Below are positions 27,119 through 41,559 of a stretch of 64,000 bases of DNA, in pieces. This stretch comes from Octopus vulgaris (lineage: Eukaryota). Under the pieces are notes generated by a model. It made no database searches and was not told where the DNA came from. It saw nothing but the letters and a program-made list of their open reading frames with translations. Position numbers and translations under genes: made by a program. The first letter of the stretch is position 1; every line of letters begins with the position of its first letter. The stretch spans positions 806,001 through 870,000 of the forward strand of contig OX597843.1 in assembly GCA_951406725.2 (NCBI GenBank), read 5' to 3'.

Positions 27119-27159
27119 GGTGGTGGTGGTGGTGGTAATGGTGGTGGTTGTGGTAGTGT

Positions 27160-27205
<46 letters not shown>

Positions 27206-27243
27206 GGTGGTGGTGGTGGTAATGGTGGTGGTTGTGGTAGTGT

Positions 27244-27283
<40 letters not shown>

Positions 27284-27324
27284 GGTGGTGGTGGTGGTGG
27301 TAATGGTGGTGGTTGTGGTAGTGT

Positions 27325-27366
<42 letters not shown>

Positions 27367-27610
27367 CAGCAGTAGTAGTAGTAGTAGTGGTGGTGGTGGT
27401 GGTGGTGGTTGTGGTAATGTTAGCAGTAGTAGTGGCTGGGCAGCGGTGTTACTGGGATTGGATGTGGCGGTAGTGGTGGTGGTCATAGAAGAGGTATTTG
27501 ATTTCGGAGCGAGAAATCTTTCAGTACCACCACCACCACCACCACCACCACCACTACTACTACTACTACTGCCTGTACCACAACCACCACCACCACCACC
27601 ACCACAGCCA
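25490..27610. repeat. Mosaic trinucleotide region (GAT/GGT/AGT)n with short unique islands
   Basis: Seen directly in the sequence. Confidence 0.9.
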
Positions 27611-27709
27611 GCACTACAGTTGCTGCTGCTGCTGGTATTGTTACAACAGACTGCCGTTTTCATGGAATCGAAGATATTTTTCATGTCGCTCTTATTGTAA
27701 ACATCATCT
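26959..27709 (-). other. Candidate low-complexity coding exon (unverified)
   Basis: Minus-strand acceptor-like GTGTTTCTCTCATAG precedes the open frame [37 protein letters not shown]. No recognisable domain. Confidence 0.25.
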
Positions 27710-27984
27710 CTATGAGAGAAACACACAGACACAGACACACACAAAGACAGCTACGAGCCAGCATGTACACACAGACGCACGCAGACGAACACACAGACAG
27801 ACAGGCAGACAGGCAGGCACGCATGCAACACAGATATTGATAAAAACAGGGACGATTAGATGGGAAAATAGTGCTCACAAAGTGTATATATTGATGTAAG
27901 TATGAAAGTAAATATGTGCGTGTGTGTGTGTGTATATATATATGTATGTATGAATGTATATATAAATATATATATATAGGTATG

Positions 27985-28055
<71 letters not shown>

Positions 28056-28188
28056 GTGTATGTGTATGTATATGCATATGTATATGTGTATATATACATA
28101 TACATGCATACATATACAGACATATACATATGCATATATATATATATATATATATATAAAGATAGATAAATATACATATATATCTTTA

Positions 28189-28222
<34 letters not shown>

Positions 28223-28364
28223 TAAAGATATATACACAAACCACACACATACACATGCATGGATGTATGTATGCATATATATATATACATACAAACATCC
28301 ATACATATACACACACACACGTACATATATACATATATATATATGTATGTATGTATATATATAT

Positions 28365-28402
<38 letters not shown>

Positions 28403-28403
28403 C

Positions 28404-28435
<32 letters not shown>

Positions 28436-28577
28436 TAGATATATATTGATATACATATAGGTACACATACATACACACACACACATACACATATATATAT
28501 ATATATACATGCAAAGAAAGATAGATAAACAGATAAATATATATACATATACATATATACAAATACATATATATATG

Positions 28578-28608
<31 letters not shown>

Positions 28609-28774
28609 GTATATACAAATACATATATATGCACACACACATATATATACATATACATATATACAAATAGATATATATGCACACACATATATATATACAT
28701 ATGTATATGCAAATACATATATATGCACATACACATATATATACATATACATATATATGCACACACACACAAAT

Positions 28775-28807
<33 letters not shown>

Positions 28808-29654
28808 CATATACATATATACACATATACACATATATAACTCAGACTTAATGCTGAATTCTTTATCCTAAGTGGCCAAACTGTGTTCCTATGTTCCCAA
28901 CCATGTTCCGCTTCATTTCTGTCCAATAGATGATAGACACAGCACTGAACACTTTTCATTTCTCTCTAAATACTTCATTGAGCACTTTTGAATAGATTTG
29001 CCTCAATTTAATATGAATCACAATGTATCCCAGGCAGTCACAAGTGTATATATTACCTTATATACAAAGATTTGCCTTTGTATATAAGGTATTTATTAAT
29101 TTATAAATATATCTATAAAACCAAATTATTGGCTTAGAGACCTTAAATTATCCTCCTGGTGGAAAATGCTTGGAGTTGATGTGTTTCGGCATGTGATTTG
29201 TGGTGCAAATATGGCTGTCTGGTTCGGATGGAGATTTGCTTTGCGATCACGTGGTTTTGGGTTCGGTCTTACTGCATCGTTTCTTGGGCGTTTGCTGCGA
29301 TAGGTTTGTGTCTGCCAAAGTTTGCCGTATGAGAGAACTTTGTAAACAGGAACTGTGGCAAGTTCTACACACAAACACACATGCAGATAAATAGATAGAT
29401 AGGTAGATAGATAGATAGATAGATAACTAGATAGATACATAGATAGATGGATAGATAGATAGATAGGTAGATAGATAGATAGATAGATAGGTAGATAGGT
29501 AGATAGGTAGGTAGATAGATAGATTAATAGGCAGACAGACAGACAAAGACAGACAGGTAGATAGATAGGTAGATAGATAGGTAGATAGATAGATAGGTAG
29601 ATAGATAGGTAGATAGATAGGTAGATAGGTAGGTAGATAGGTAGATAGGTAGAA

Positions 29655-29888
29655 GGCAGCGAGCTGGCAGAATTGTTAGCACGTCGGGCGAAATGCTTTG
29701 CGGTATTTCGGCTGCCGTTACGTTGTGAGTTCAAATTCCACCGAGGTCGACTTTGCCTTTCATCCTTTTGGGGTCGATAAATTAATTACCAGTTACGCAC
29801 TGGGGTCGATGTAATCGACTTAATCCGTTTGTCTGTCCTTGCTTGTCTCCTCTGTGTTTAGCCCCTTGTGGGTAGTAAAGAAATAGGT
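29655..29888 (+). mobile_element. SINE family A, full length
   Basis: GGCAGCGAGCTGGCAGAA head to GCCCCTTGTGGGTAGTAAAGAAATAGG tail. Confidence 0.9.
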
Positions 29889-29975
29889 AGATAGGTAGGT
29901 AGGTAGGTAGGTAGGGAGGGAGGGAGGGAGGGAGGTATGTAAGTAGGTAGGCAGATAGATAGAAGGATGTGGATG

Positions 29976-30014
<39 letters not shown>

Positions 30015-30170
30015 GATAGACAGACAGACAGCTGTAGAGACTTTGCCAGATCAGATTGAACCTAGTGCAGCCTTTGGCTCACTAGTCCTCAGTCAAACTG
30101 TCCAACCCATGCCAGCAGGATAAGTGAACGTTAAACAATGATGATGATGATGATGATATATATATATATA

Positions 30171-30742
30171 GGCACAGAAGTGGCTGTGTGGTAAGTAGCT
30201 TGCTTACTAACCACATGGTTCGGAGTTCATTCCCATTGCGTGGCACCTTGGGTAAGTGTATTCTACTATAGTCTCAGGCCGACCAAAGACTTGTAAGTGG
30301 ATTTGGTAGATGGAAACTGAAAGAAGCCTGCCGTATATATGTATATATGTATGTGTGTGTATATGTTTGTGTGTCTGTCTTTGTACCCCCGACATCGCTT
30401 GACAACTGAGGGGGTGTGTTTACATCCACTGTAACTTAGCAGTTCGGCAAAAGGAACCAATAGAATAAGGACGAGGCTTCCAAAGAATAAGTCCTGAGTC
30501 GATTTACTCGACTAAAGGAGATGTTCCAGCATGGCCGCAGTCAAATGACTGAAATAAGTAAAAGAGTAAAAAAGAGTATATATATATATATATACAACGG
30601 GCTTCTTTCAGTTTCCGTCTACCGAATCCATTCACGAGGATTTGGTTGACCTAGGGCTATAGTAGAAGACACTTGCCTGAGGTGTCCTGCAGTGGGACTG
30701 AACCCGGAACCGTGTGGTCGGAAAGCAAGATTCTTACCACAC
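30171..30742. mobile_element. Family B SINE (+, 30171-30578) followed by an inverted 5' half (-, 30597-30742)
   Basis: Matches to the family B consensus on both strands. Confidence 0.85.
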
Positions 30743-31182
30743 ACCGACAGCAGGGGAAAGAGAGCTCTTCTGGAAGAAAAGAAAAATACTCTGGCATAAA
30801 ACTTGTAGTGGAAACCGGCACCAGACGTCTTGCAATGTTTGTAACCGGAACCTTCTACGGTAAGCAAGAGAGAGGCGAGATTGTTGTGCGAGCTGTCTGT
30901 TCTCTGAATCCAATGACAACACAGTTGTCTCACTCTGCCTTACTTGATTCCTTTTGTATGTTTTTCAAGTCTTTTGGTGATGGATGCGTGGTGACATAGG
31001 TCACTGGCTGACCCCCCCCCCCGAAAAGTTAGATCTGTTGGCATGCAACGATGGAAATAAACCAGAACAATCACCCCGAATGAAAGCTGGCTGTCATCTT
31101 CTAAGACGAAGCAACCTTCATCATCATCATCACACACACTCTCTCACTCTATATATATATATATAAATGTGTGTGTATATAA

Positions 31183-31244
<62 letters not shown>

Positions 31245-31258
31245 GTGTGTGTATATAA

Positions 31259-31302
<44 letters not shown>

Positions 31303-31320
31303 GTGTGTGTATATAAATAA

Positions 31321-31383
<63 letters not shown>

Positions 31384-31534
31384 TAAACCAATACATGAAT
31401 AACAAATAATATAAATATAAATATATTATATTTATATTTATATTTATATCTATATTATTTGTTATTTATGTCTATCACTGTTTGAGTTGCCTAATAGTGG
31501 TTTTATCTCTAATTCATATTTTATATATCTATAC

Positions 31535-31741
31535 CAGTGGCTTTCAACCAGGGTTCCGCGGAACCTTAGGGTTCCGCCAGTATGGTCCAGGGGTTCCGCA
31601 ACAAGTTACAAAACTGCTAAAATCAGCAGTAATTTTTAATTCTCCTGTGCAGAAGACTATTAAATTATTGCACAGGGGTTCCTCGAGCCAGTGGAATGTT
31701 TCCTTGGGGTTCTGCTCCAGCAAAAAGATTGAAAAGCACTG
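31535..31741. mobile_element. hAT (Charlie-like) MITE, 207 bp
   Basis: Terminal inverted repeats CAGTGGCTTTCAACC / GATTGAAAAGCACTG and a perfect 8-bp TSD, ATCTATAC, at 31527-31534 and 31742-31749. Confidence 0.92.
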
Positions 31742-31837
31742 ATCTATACTGTGAAATTTGATTTAATACTAAATCTAAATCTAATTTTTCCCTATAAGTT
31801 TGAAGCTATACTCCCTAACATTATTATTATTATTATT

Positions 31838-31872
<35 letters not shown>

Positions 31873-32350
31873 CATTTGTTAGACAATAGTCTCAATATTT
31901 CATATTAGTTTTATCGTTATTGTCTTCCATAATTTTTGATGTTCTATTTAAATATTGATTTTGCATTCTTGAAATGCTTTATCAAGACTTTAGTATTTAA
32001 CGAAGATTTTCTTTCACCTGAAGACTTAGCTTAATTTCTGCATTGTTTTAAATGTTTTTTTATTTTTTTGCATTTTGCCTAAATGCTCACATGTAAGTAA
32101 TTTATTTATCATTAAATATGATAATATAAATTATCGTTACATGCTTTAAGATATGAAACAAATTGTTGTGATATTTGAATTTTCTTATAATTAAATAAAA
32201 TTTCGTCAAACTATTTCTATATCATTTAGAACTTTATACACTCCTTATCATTTTATCTTCTTTCATACTTATATATATTCTATATGCTTTGTAGAATGAT
32301 ATATTAAGGAGATTTTTTTAGGAGTACTGCCAGAATCGATATATTGTGAC

Positions 32351-32939
<589 letters not shown>

Positions 32940-32940
<1 letters not shown>

Positions 32941-33288
32941 GAGTGTGATCGTTGACAGAGCGGCTAAGCGGCTTCCGTGCCAGTGGCACATAAAAGGCAC
33001 CATTCAACTGTCATCGTTACCAGCGTCGCCTTACTGGCACTTGTGCTCCATGCTAGTAGGATGCTAAGAGCACCATCCGAGCATGATCGTTGCCAGAGCA
33101 GCTAACTCGCTTCTATGCCGGTGGTACATAAAAGCACCCACTACACTCTCAGAGTGGTTGGCGTTAGGAAGGGCATCAAGCTGTAGAAACTCTGCCAGAT
33201 CAAGATTGGAGCCTGGTGCAGCCATCTGGTTCGCCAGCCCTCAGTCAAATCGTCCAGCCCATGCTAGCATGGAAAGCGGACGTTAAAC

Positions 33289-33320
<32 letters not shown>
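32940..33320 (+). mobile_element. Family C element
   Basis: GTGCCAGTGGCACATAAAAGGCACC units, the GGTTGGCGTTAGGAAGGGCATC tail and (GAT)n. Confidence 0.8.
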
Positions 33321-33321
<1 letters not shown>

Positions 33322-33645
33322 ATATATATATAAGAATGGACCAAAAACACAATAGAAGGCATTAAAACGTTCAGACAGATAGACGATATAAGGGCAGACA
33401 AGAGAAACAACAATTAGAAGGACAGGCAAAAAAAGACGAGTCATTCTTGGCTTTCTTTCATCAGTCAAGTTACACTTGAGATGGTTCGATCTGGTTGTCC
33501 CCCACCAAAATTCTAAGCTAAGAGTATTAGACCCCTTTGTAAGGAAGCTAGCGAATGCGTATGGTAACAAAGATGAAAAAAAAACAAACAAAAAAACGGA
33601 GAACATGGTACACAATTATGAATACAACAACAAGAAATAACAACA

Positions 33646-33807
33646 GGCGCAGAAGTGGCTGTGCAGTAAGTAGCTTGCTTACCAACCACATGGTTCCGGT
33701 TTCAGTCCCACTGCATGGCACCTTGGGCAATTGTCTTCTACTATAGCTTCGGGCCAACCAAAGCCTTGTGAGTGGATTTGGTAGATGGAAACTGAAAGAA
33801 TCCCATC

Positions 33808-33839
<32 letters not shown>

Positions 33840-34230
33840 CTATGTTTGTCCCCCAAACATCGCTTGACAACTGATGCTGGTGTGTTTACATCCTTGTAAC
33901 TTAGCAGTTTGGCAAAAGAGACCGATAAAATAAGTACTAGGCCTACAAAGAATAAGTCCTGTGGTCAATGGATTTGGTAGATGGAAACTGAAAGAAGCCC
34001 ATCATAAATGTGTGTGTGTGTGTATGTTTGTGTGTCTATGTTTGTCCCCCTCAACATCGCTTGACAACTGATGCTGGTGTGTTTACATCCTTGTAACTTA
34101 GCAGTTTGGCAAATGAGACCGATAAAATAAGTACTAGGCTTACAAAGAATAAGTCCTGGGGTTTAATTTGCTTGACTAAAGTTGGTGCTCCAGCATGGCC
34201 ACAGTCAAATGACCGAAACAAGTAAAAGAA
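33646..34230 (+). mobile_element. SINE family B with an internal tandem duplication of its middle part
   Basis: TGGATTTGGTAGATGGAAACTG..AAAGAATAAGTCC occurs twice (~33773 and ~33969). Confidence 0.85.
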
Positions 34231-34262
34231 TATATGTGTGTCCGTGCGTGCATGTGTGTGTG

Positions 34263-34307
<45 letters not shown>

Positions 34308-34926
34308 GTGTGTGTGTGAGCATCATCGTTCCACAGTATGTGCTTAAAGGAAGAAAAATATGGGGAAACATCAATACATGTCAGAGTGACAAAGAAACAT
34401 GGAAGGTATCAGGTGGTCATGTGATGTGCTAGAAACAACAGCTAGACCCCTATTACATCACACGCTCCTTTTCATCTAAAATTTATTTTGAAATCAAAAA
34501 CACAAAGAAATTGCAGATTTGAACTGTCTCTCTTTTAAAACAGATTAAAAAAGAATTCAAAGAAAAGTCGAAATTCTAGGATTTATGGAGGAGTAGAGTT
34601 AATGAAAAAATTTTTTTTAGCTTCATTATTCTTTTCAAGTTTAATTCCATTTTCTGTTTGAAAATAAAAGAAGTGGGAATTGTAATGGTGAACACTGATT
34701 TCCCAAAAATTTTTCAACATCAAGGCTTCTCTCATCGTTTTTAATGTGGGCAGGGGGAAAAAAATTTTGGCCAAAATTGGTACTGAATGGGAGACCAGGA
34801 TATGAAAAATTCATAAGCTGCCGAAAATTTTCACTCAGAACGTTTGTTATGGTTTTTAAGCGCCTTCTGTATAAAGGATTTTGTGAATTCCATTTTCTGT
34901 CTCTTGTCTGTTTATATACATATATA

Positions 34927-35089
34927 GGCACAGGAGTGGCTGCGTGGAAAGTAGCTTGCTTACCAACCACATGGTTCCAGGTTCGGTCCCACTGCATGGC
35001 ACCTTTGGCAAATGTCTTCTACCATAGCCTCGGGCCAACCAAAGCCTTGTGAGTGGATTTAGTAGATGAAAACTGAAAGAAGCCAGTTG

Positions 35090-35145
<56 letters not shown>

Positions 35146-35379
35146 TGTGTGTGTGAGTGTGTGTTTGTGTGTCTGTGTTAGTTCCCCCACCATTGCTTGA
35201 CAACCGATGTTGGTGTGTTTATGTCCCTGTAACTTAGCAGTTCGACAAAAAAAACCAATAGAATAAGTGCTAGGCTTATGAAGAATAAGTCCTGGGGTTG
35301 ATTTGTTCGACTAAAAGGTGGTGCTCCAGCATGGCTGCAGCCAAATACTGAAACAAATAAAAGAATAAAAGAATATATA

Positions 35380-35421
<42 letters not shown>

Positions 35422-35689
35422 ATTGGTCCAGTGCTGCCTGACTGGTTCTTGTGCTGGTGGCACGTAAAAAGCACCATTCAAGCGTGGTCAATGCCAGTAT
35501 CACCTGACTGGCTCTCGTGCAGGTGACATGTGAAAAGTACCCACTACACTCTCAGAGTGGTTGGCATCCAGATGTAGAAACCTTGCCAGATCAGACTGGA
35601 GCCTTGTACAGCCATCTGGCTTGCCAGCCCTCAGTCAAACCATCCAACCCATGCCAACATGGAAAGCGGACGTTAATCAACAATTATGA

Positions 35690-35690
<1 letters not shown>
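34927..35690 (+). mobile_element. Family B SINE (34927-35375) followed by a family C element (35420-35690)
   Basis: Matches to the other copies in the window. Confidence 0.8.
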
Positions 35691-35742
<52 letters not shown>

Positions 35743-35831
35743 TAATCCAAACAAGAAAGCACAAAAAAAACACAACAACGCAAGGACGTGGAACAAATAT
35801 AGTATTATTGGATGCTCAGGAAAGAAGGCGG

Positions 35832-35866
35832 GTTTAACGTTTCGAGCAGAGCTCTTCGTCGGAAAC
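35832..35866 (-). ncRNA. Minimal hammerhead-like motif (U4C core variant) in a ~200-bp element, 35740-35935
   Basis: GUUU CCGACGA A GAGC-UCU-GCUC GAAACGUU AAAC. Confidence 0.6.
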
Positions 35867-35942
35867 ATAGAAGGAAAGATCCAGAGAAGGGAAGACAGAG
35901 GAAAAACAAATTGCCAACGGTACACACGCGGTCACATTTTGA

Positions 35943-36077
<135 letters not shown>

Positions 36078-36089
36078 ATTATTATATAA

Positions 36090-36124
<35 letters not shown>

Positions 36125-36614
36125 TATATGTATGTATGTATAACAAAGTGTTAGCGCTAAGCAGTGTTGAGGCATGAGTAGAATTTAGGTTAGTTGAAGT
36201 ATGTTTGCGATATATTTCAACAACTAAAAGACATATACATTGCAGTTACCATGGAGACTATATCTCTCTTACAGTAGAAAGGTGTGAAAACACCCGGTTC
36301 GTTCAGTGTCACCATCTATTAGAAATCCCAGACATTGGCGTTTCACACTATTGGACATAGTCATACAATGCTGGCCACAAATGTGCTTTGAATTATTTCT
36401 TAGCTTTCAAATGATGTCACTCCACTGGCTGGGCAAATAGGCCAACATCTCCCATGATCAGAAGGTTAGGTTGTGACGGGGGTGGCTGACTTACGACTGA
36501 GTGGAGTGGAACAACATGAACTGGAGTGTTTTGCTTAATAACACATGACACAGCCAGTCTTGGAATTGAAACTGAAATTTTGCAATCGTGTGTACAACAC
36601 AGCTATAAACTAGG

Positions 36615-36930
36615 CTGGCACGTAAAAAGCACCATCCGTACGTGGCCGATGCCAGTGCCGCCTTGACCGGCTTCCGTGTCGGTGGCACATAAAAACCGCC
36701 AACTAATCGTGGCTGTTGCCAGCCTCCCCTGGCACCTGTGCCGGTGGCACGTAAAAAAAAAAACCCACTACACTCACGGAGTGGTTGGCGTTAGGAAGGG
36801 CATCCAGCTGTAGAAACACTGCCAGAGCAGACTGGAACCTGGTGCAGCCTCCTGGCTTCCCAGACCCCAATGGAATCGTCCAACCCATGCTAGCAAGGAA
36901 AACAGGCATTAAACGATGACGATGATGATG
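36615..36930 (+). mobile_element. Family C element
   Basis: Three GGCAC(G/A)TAAAAA units plus the conserved tail. Confidence 0.82.
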
Positions 36931-37299
36931 AAGATGTGTGTGTGTACATACGTATGTATGTGTGTATGTATGTATGTGTGTCTGTGTAAATGTGTGTATG
37001 TAAATGTGTAGGTGTGTGTGTGTGCATGTATATGTATGTATGTAAACATGTATTTATATTGCTTACATTATAAGTATTAAAAAACCTTGAGAGACATGGA
37101 AGGAAGGACTTTTAATGGTGGAACATGGAGTAAAGCTATAAATAATAACATGGAAATATTTGGTTAAAATCCTGCTTCAATTGAAGGCATCCATTGACTT
37201 TTACCATCCAATGGCGTTTTTAAGCCAATGTTTGCATACCATTATTTATAGCTCTATCTACTTCAAGTTTCACCTTTAAAAACAATTTATAAATATATG

Positions 37300-37383
<84 letters not shown>

Positions 37384-37462
37384 TGATTGTGCTTCTTTTC
37401 CAGATATATCATTCACTAACTATATATATATACATACATACATACATATACATATATATACA

Positions 37463-37496
<34 letters not shown>

Positions 37497-37791
37497 CATA
37501 CATACATGTATACATACATACATGTATACATACATACATGCATACATACATACATGCATACATACATACATGCATACGTACATACGTACATACATACATA
37601 CGTACATGCATACATACATAAAAACATACATACATACATACATACATACATTACGTACGTACATACATACATGTATACATACATGCATGCATACATACAT
37701 ACATACATGCATACATACATACATACATACATACATACATACATACATACATACATACATACATACATACATACATACATACATACATACA

Positions 37792-37825
<34 letters not shown>

Positions 37826-37993
37826 CATACATGTATACATACATACATGTATACATACATACATACATACATACATACATACATGCATGCATACATACAT
37901 ACATACATATATATACTTTTTATTAAAGCCCAAAACATCTTCACACGCACACACACACATTTTCACACGACACACACACACATACATACATGT

Positions 37994-38026
<33 letters not shown>

Positions 38027-38309
38027 TATACTTTTTATTAAAGCCAAAAACATCTTCACATGGTTTTAATGAAAAACTTATTACTCTGCTTTTAGTATTT
38101 TAGTACTATTTTTTCAACCTTGTTTTGCATTTATGTGCTTACAGGTGTGTGTGTATGTGTGTGTGTGTGCGTGTACTATATTAAGATTCAGGTGAATAAG
38201 GCATTTAAATGGTAAGGTACCAGGTCAGGTCAAACTTGAAATGCATACACAGCAACTATAGAAGAATGCAAACATTGGTACTGAAGTACAGGCAGAAAGA
38301 TATTCAAAT

Positions 38310-38878
38310 TCATCATCATCATCATCATCGTTTAACGTCCGTTTTCCATGCTAGCATGGGTTGGATGGTTCGACCGGGGATCTGGGAAGCCAGGAGGCTG
38401 CACCAGGCTCCAGTCTGATCTGGCAGTGTTTCTACAGCTGGATGATGCCCTTCCTAATGCCAACCACTCCGTGAGTGTAGTGGGTGCTTTTTACATGCCA
38501 CCAGCACAGGTGCCAGACGAGGCTGGCAAACGGCCACGATCGGATGGTGCTTTTTACGTGCCACTGGCACAGAAGCCAGTCAAGGCGGCACTGGCATCGG
38601 CCACGTTCGGATTGTGCTTTTTACGTGCCACTGGCACAGAAGCCAGCCAAGGCAGCTCTGGCATCGGCCACGTTCGTATGGTGCTTTTTACGTGCCACTG
38701 GCACGCCAGCCAAGGCGGAGCAGGCATCGGCCACGTTCGTATGGTGCTTTTTACGTGCCACTGGCACGCCAGACAAGGCGGAGCAGGCATCGGCCACGTT
38801 CGGATGGTGCTTTTTGCGTGCCACTAGCACAGAAGCCAGTCAAGGCGGCACTGGCATCGGCCATGTTTGGATGGTGAA
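38310..38878 (-). mobile_element. Family C element with ~7 internal units
   Basis: 62-67 bp units, GGCCACGTTCG(G/T)ATGGTGCTTTTTACGTGCCACTGGCAC. Confidence 0.88.
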
Positions 38879-38959
38879 ATTATGTATATAATTATGTATA
38901 CAATTATGTATACAAATTATGTATACAAATTATGTATACAATTAGTTGAACCCAACTGA

Positions 38960-39606
38960 TCATATTTTTTCTAATCTAGGCACAAGGACCGAAATTTGGG
39001 GGGAGGGGGCCAGTCGGTTAGATCGACACCAATACACAACTGGTACTTAATTTATCGATCCCAAAAGGATGAAATGCAAAGTTGACCTCGGTGGAATTTG
39101 AACTCAGAACGTAAAGATAAACAAAATGCTGCTAAGTATTTCGCCCAGTGTGCTAACGTTTCTGCCAGCTCACCACCTTCTCCCCCAACTGGGTATATTT
39201 CCAGCCCTTGGGCTAATTCAGAAACACACATTGTATTAAATATACAGTTTATAATATACTTTAGAACACATGAGAAGCAGGTTCCAAGAATGGTGAATCA
39301 TAAAGGAAACATTTTTTATCGTGGTGTAATGATGTAATGACACTACCAGGCAAAAGTCCGAGCACATATAAAATATATATATTTCTTTACTACCCACAAG
39401 GGGCTAAACATAGAGGAGACAGTCAAGGACAGACAAACAGATAAAGTCGATTACATTGACCCCAGTGAACTGGTACTTACTTTATCAACCCTGAAAGGAT
39501 GAAAGGCAAAGTCGACCTCGGCAGAATTTGAACTCAGAACGTAATGGCAGATGAAATATGGCTACGTATTTTGCCCAGCGTGCTAACGTTTCTACCAGCT
39601 CGCCAC
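38960..39606 (-). mobile_element. Two family A SINEs (38960-39175 with a variant tail; 39380-39606)
   Basis: Reverse-complement matches to 29655-29888. Confidence 0.85.
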
Positions 39607-39616
39607 CTTTATATAT

Positions 39617-39723
<107 letters not shown>

Positions 39724-40223
39724 ACAAAATAAGAAAATGGAGAAATACACCTTAATCAATAATCAACTACCAGATAATACCCAATCACATAATTTATTAA
39801 CCCACTACATATGAACATCAAGGTCAAACATAATAGTACAGAACAATACGGTGCACATCAATGAGTAATATGATACAATAAGTACAATATGTATAAGTGA
39901 ATATAAATAAATATAAATATAGATAATAATTAAATTAGAGATAAAACCTCTATTAGGCAAATAAATTTTTCCCTGTAAGTTTGGATTTACTCCCTAATAT
40001 TATTATTATATATGTATATATATATATATATAAGATGGGCTTCTTTCAATTTCCATCTACCAAACCTATTCACAAAGCTTTGGTTGACCTGAGGCTATAG
40101 AAGACACTTGGCCAAGGGGCCACGCAGCAGGACTAAACCCTGAACCGTGTGGTTGGGAAGCAAGATTCTTACCACACAGCTATGCCTACAACTCCATACA
40201 ACCACAGTTGTATATGTATATAC

Positions 40224-40261
<38 letters not shown>

Positions 40262-40536
40262 ATGTGGAGGCACGTGGCATAGTGATTAGGGTGTTGTACT
40301 CATGATTGTAAGATTGTGGTTTCAATTCCTGGACTGCGCAATGTATTATCCATGCTCTCGAGCAAAACACATAATTTTCTGTTGGGACAGTCCACTCAGC
40401 TGGGAAAAATCAGTAATCCTGGAACTGACCAGCACCCTGTCCTGAAAGGAGATACACACACCACAGAATTTTGGAAACTGGGTTTAGGGGCTTACAGCTT
40501 CATAAGGCGAGCCTTTAACATATATATATGTATATA

Positions 40537-40735
40537 ACGGGAAGGTTTACGAAAATAAACAAAAGATGAAGACAGGTGGAGTACAAACAAACAATTGTAT
40601 TAGTATGGCGCTCAGGAATAGAAATAAAACAAGTCTTTTACGTTTCGAGCCTACGCTCTTCGACAGAAAGATACACAGAAAAGAAACAAGGAGAGAAACA
40701 AACAGAGAAAAAAATGTGTGTAGGAGCTAACGGTC
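40537..40735 (-). mobile_element. ~200-bp element E carrying a minimal hammerhead variant at 40635-40670
   Basis: CUUU CUGUCGA A GAGC-GUAG-GCUC GAAACGUA AAAG. Near-identical copies at 44400, 59273 and 63820. Confidence 0.8.
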
Positions 40736-40828
40736 CTATACAAACATAAGTATTTTTGTGTCTATGTGTGTGTGTATGTTTTAGTGTCTATCTCTATTTC
40801 TTTCTGTGTATATGTGAATATATATGTG

Positions 40829-40887
<59 letters not shown>

Positions 40888-40897
40888 GCCTGCATAA

Positions 40898-40937
<40 letters not shown>

Positions 40938-41078
40938 GGTGCATACATATACACACATATGCAAATAAAAAATATGTGTGTATTTCTAAATAGAAGGCCA
41001 GGGTGTATGAATTGTCTATGTGCATATGTGTGTGCATGTGTGTGTATGTGCATGCATGTGTGTGTGTGTGTGCATGCA

Positions 41079-41136
<58 letters not shown>

Positions 41137-41367
41137 CTCACAAAGGATTCCAAAGACACAGAGTCTGGAAGAGGTGTAGCAGAGTCTGGGGGAGGTGGGT
41201 TAGGATGGGTCGGGGTGAGGATGGGGGTGGGGGTGGGGCTGTGTGTTAAAGCAATACTCAGCGGTGGCCACGAGCCAGCCATGTTAGTTATGGTGATAAA
41301 GACCACAACAACAGCAGCAATGATGATGATGCTGATAATAACAACAACAACAACAATAATAATAATG

Positions 41368-41398
<31 letters not shown>

Positions 41399-41559
41399 GG
41401 ATGATGATGATGATAATATTAACAATAACAAAGTTGATAATGGTGATGGTGATGATGGAGATGCTGATGATGACATTAATACCAACTTGCTGATTGCTGA
41501 GGTCTCTGGGTGGGGCTTGGAACGGTTCATAAGTAACAAAAGCAACAAGGCCAAAGATG

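Noticed and set aside
30745-30860. Exon ending at ACG|GTAAGC (30859/30860)
   Set aside because: The would-be acceptor directly abuts a SINE with no pyrimidine tract, and the peptide is unrecognisable.
37130-37258. Imperfect inverted repeat (AGCTATAAATAAT / ATTATTTATAGCT)
   Set aside because: Too degenerate to classify; no TSD or second copy was seen.
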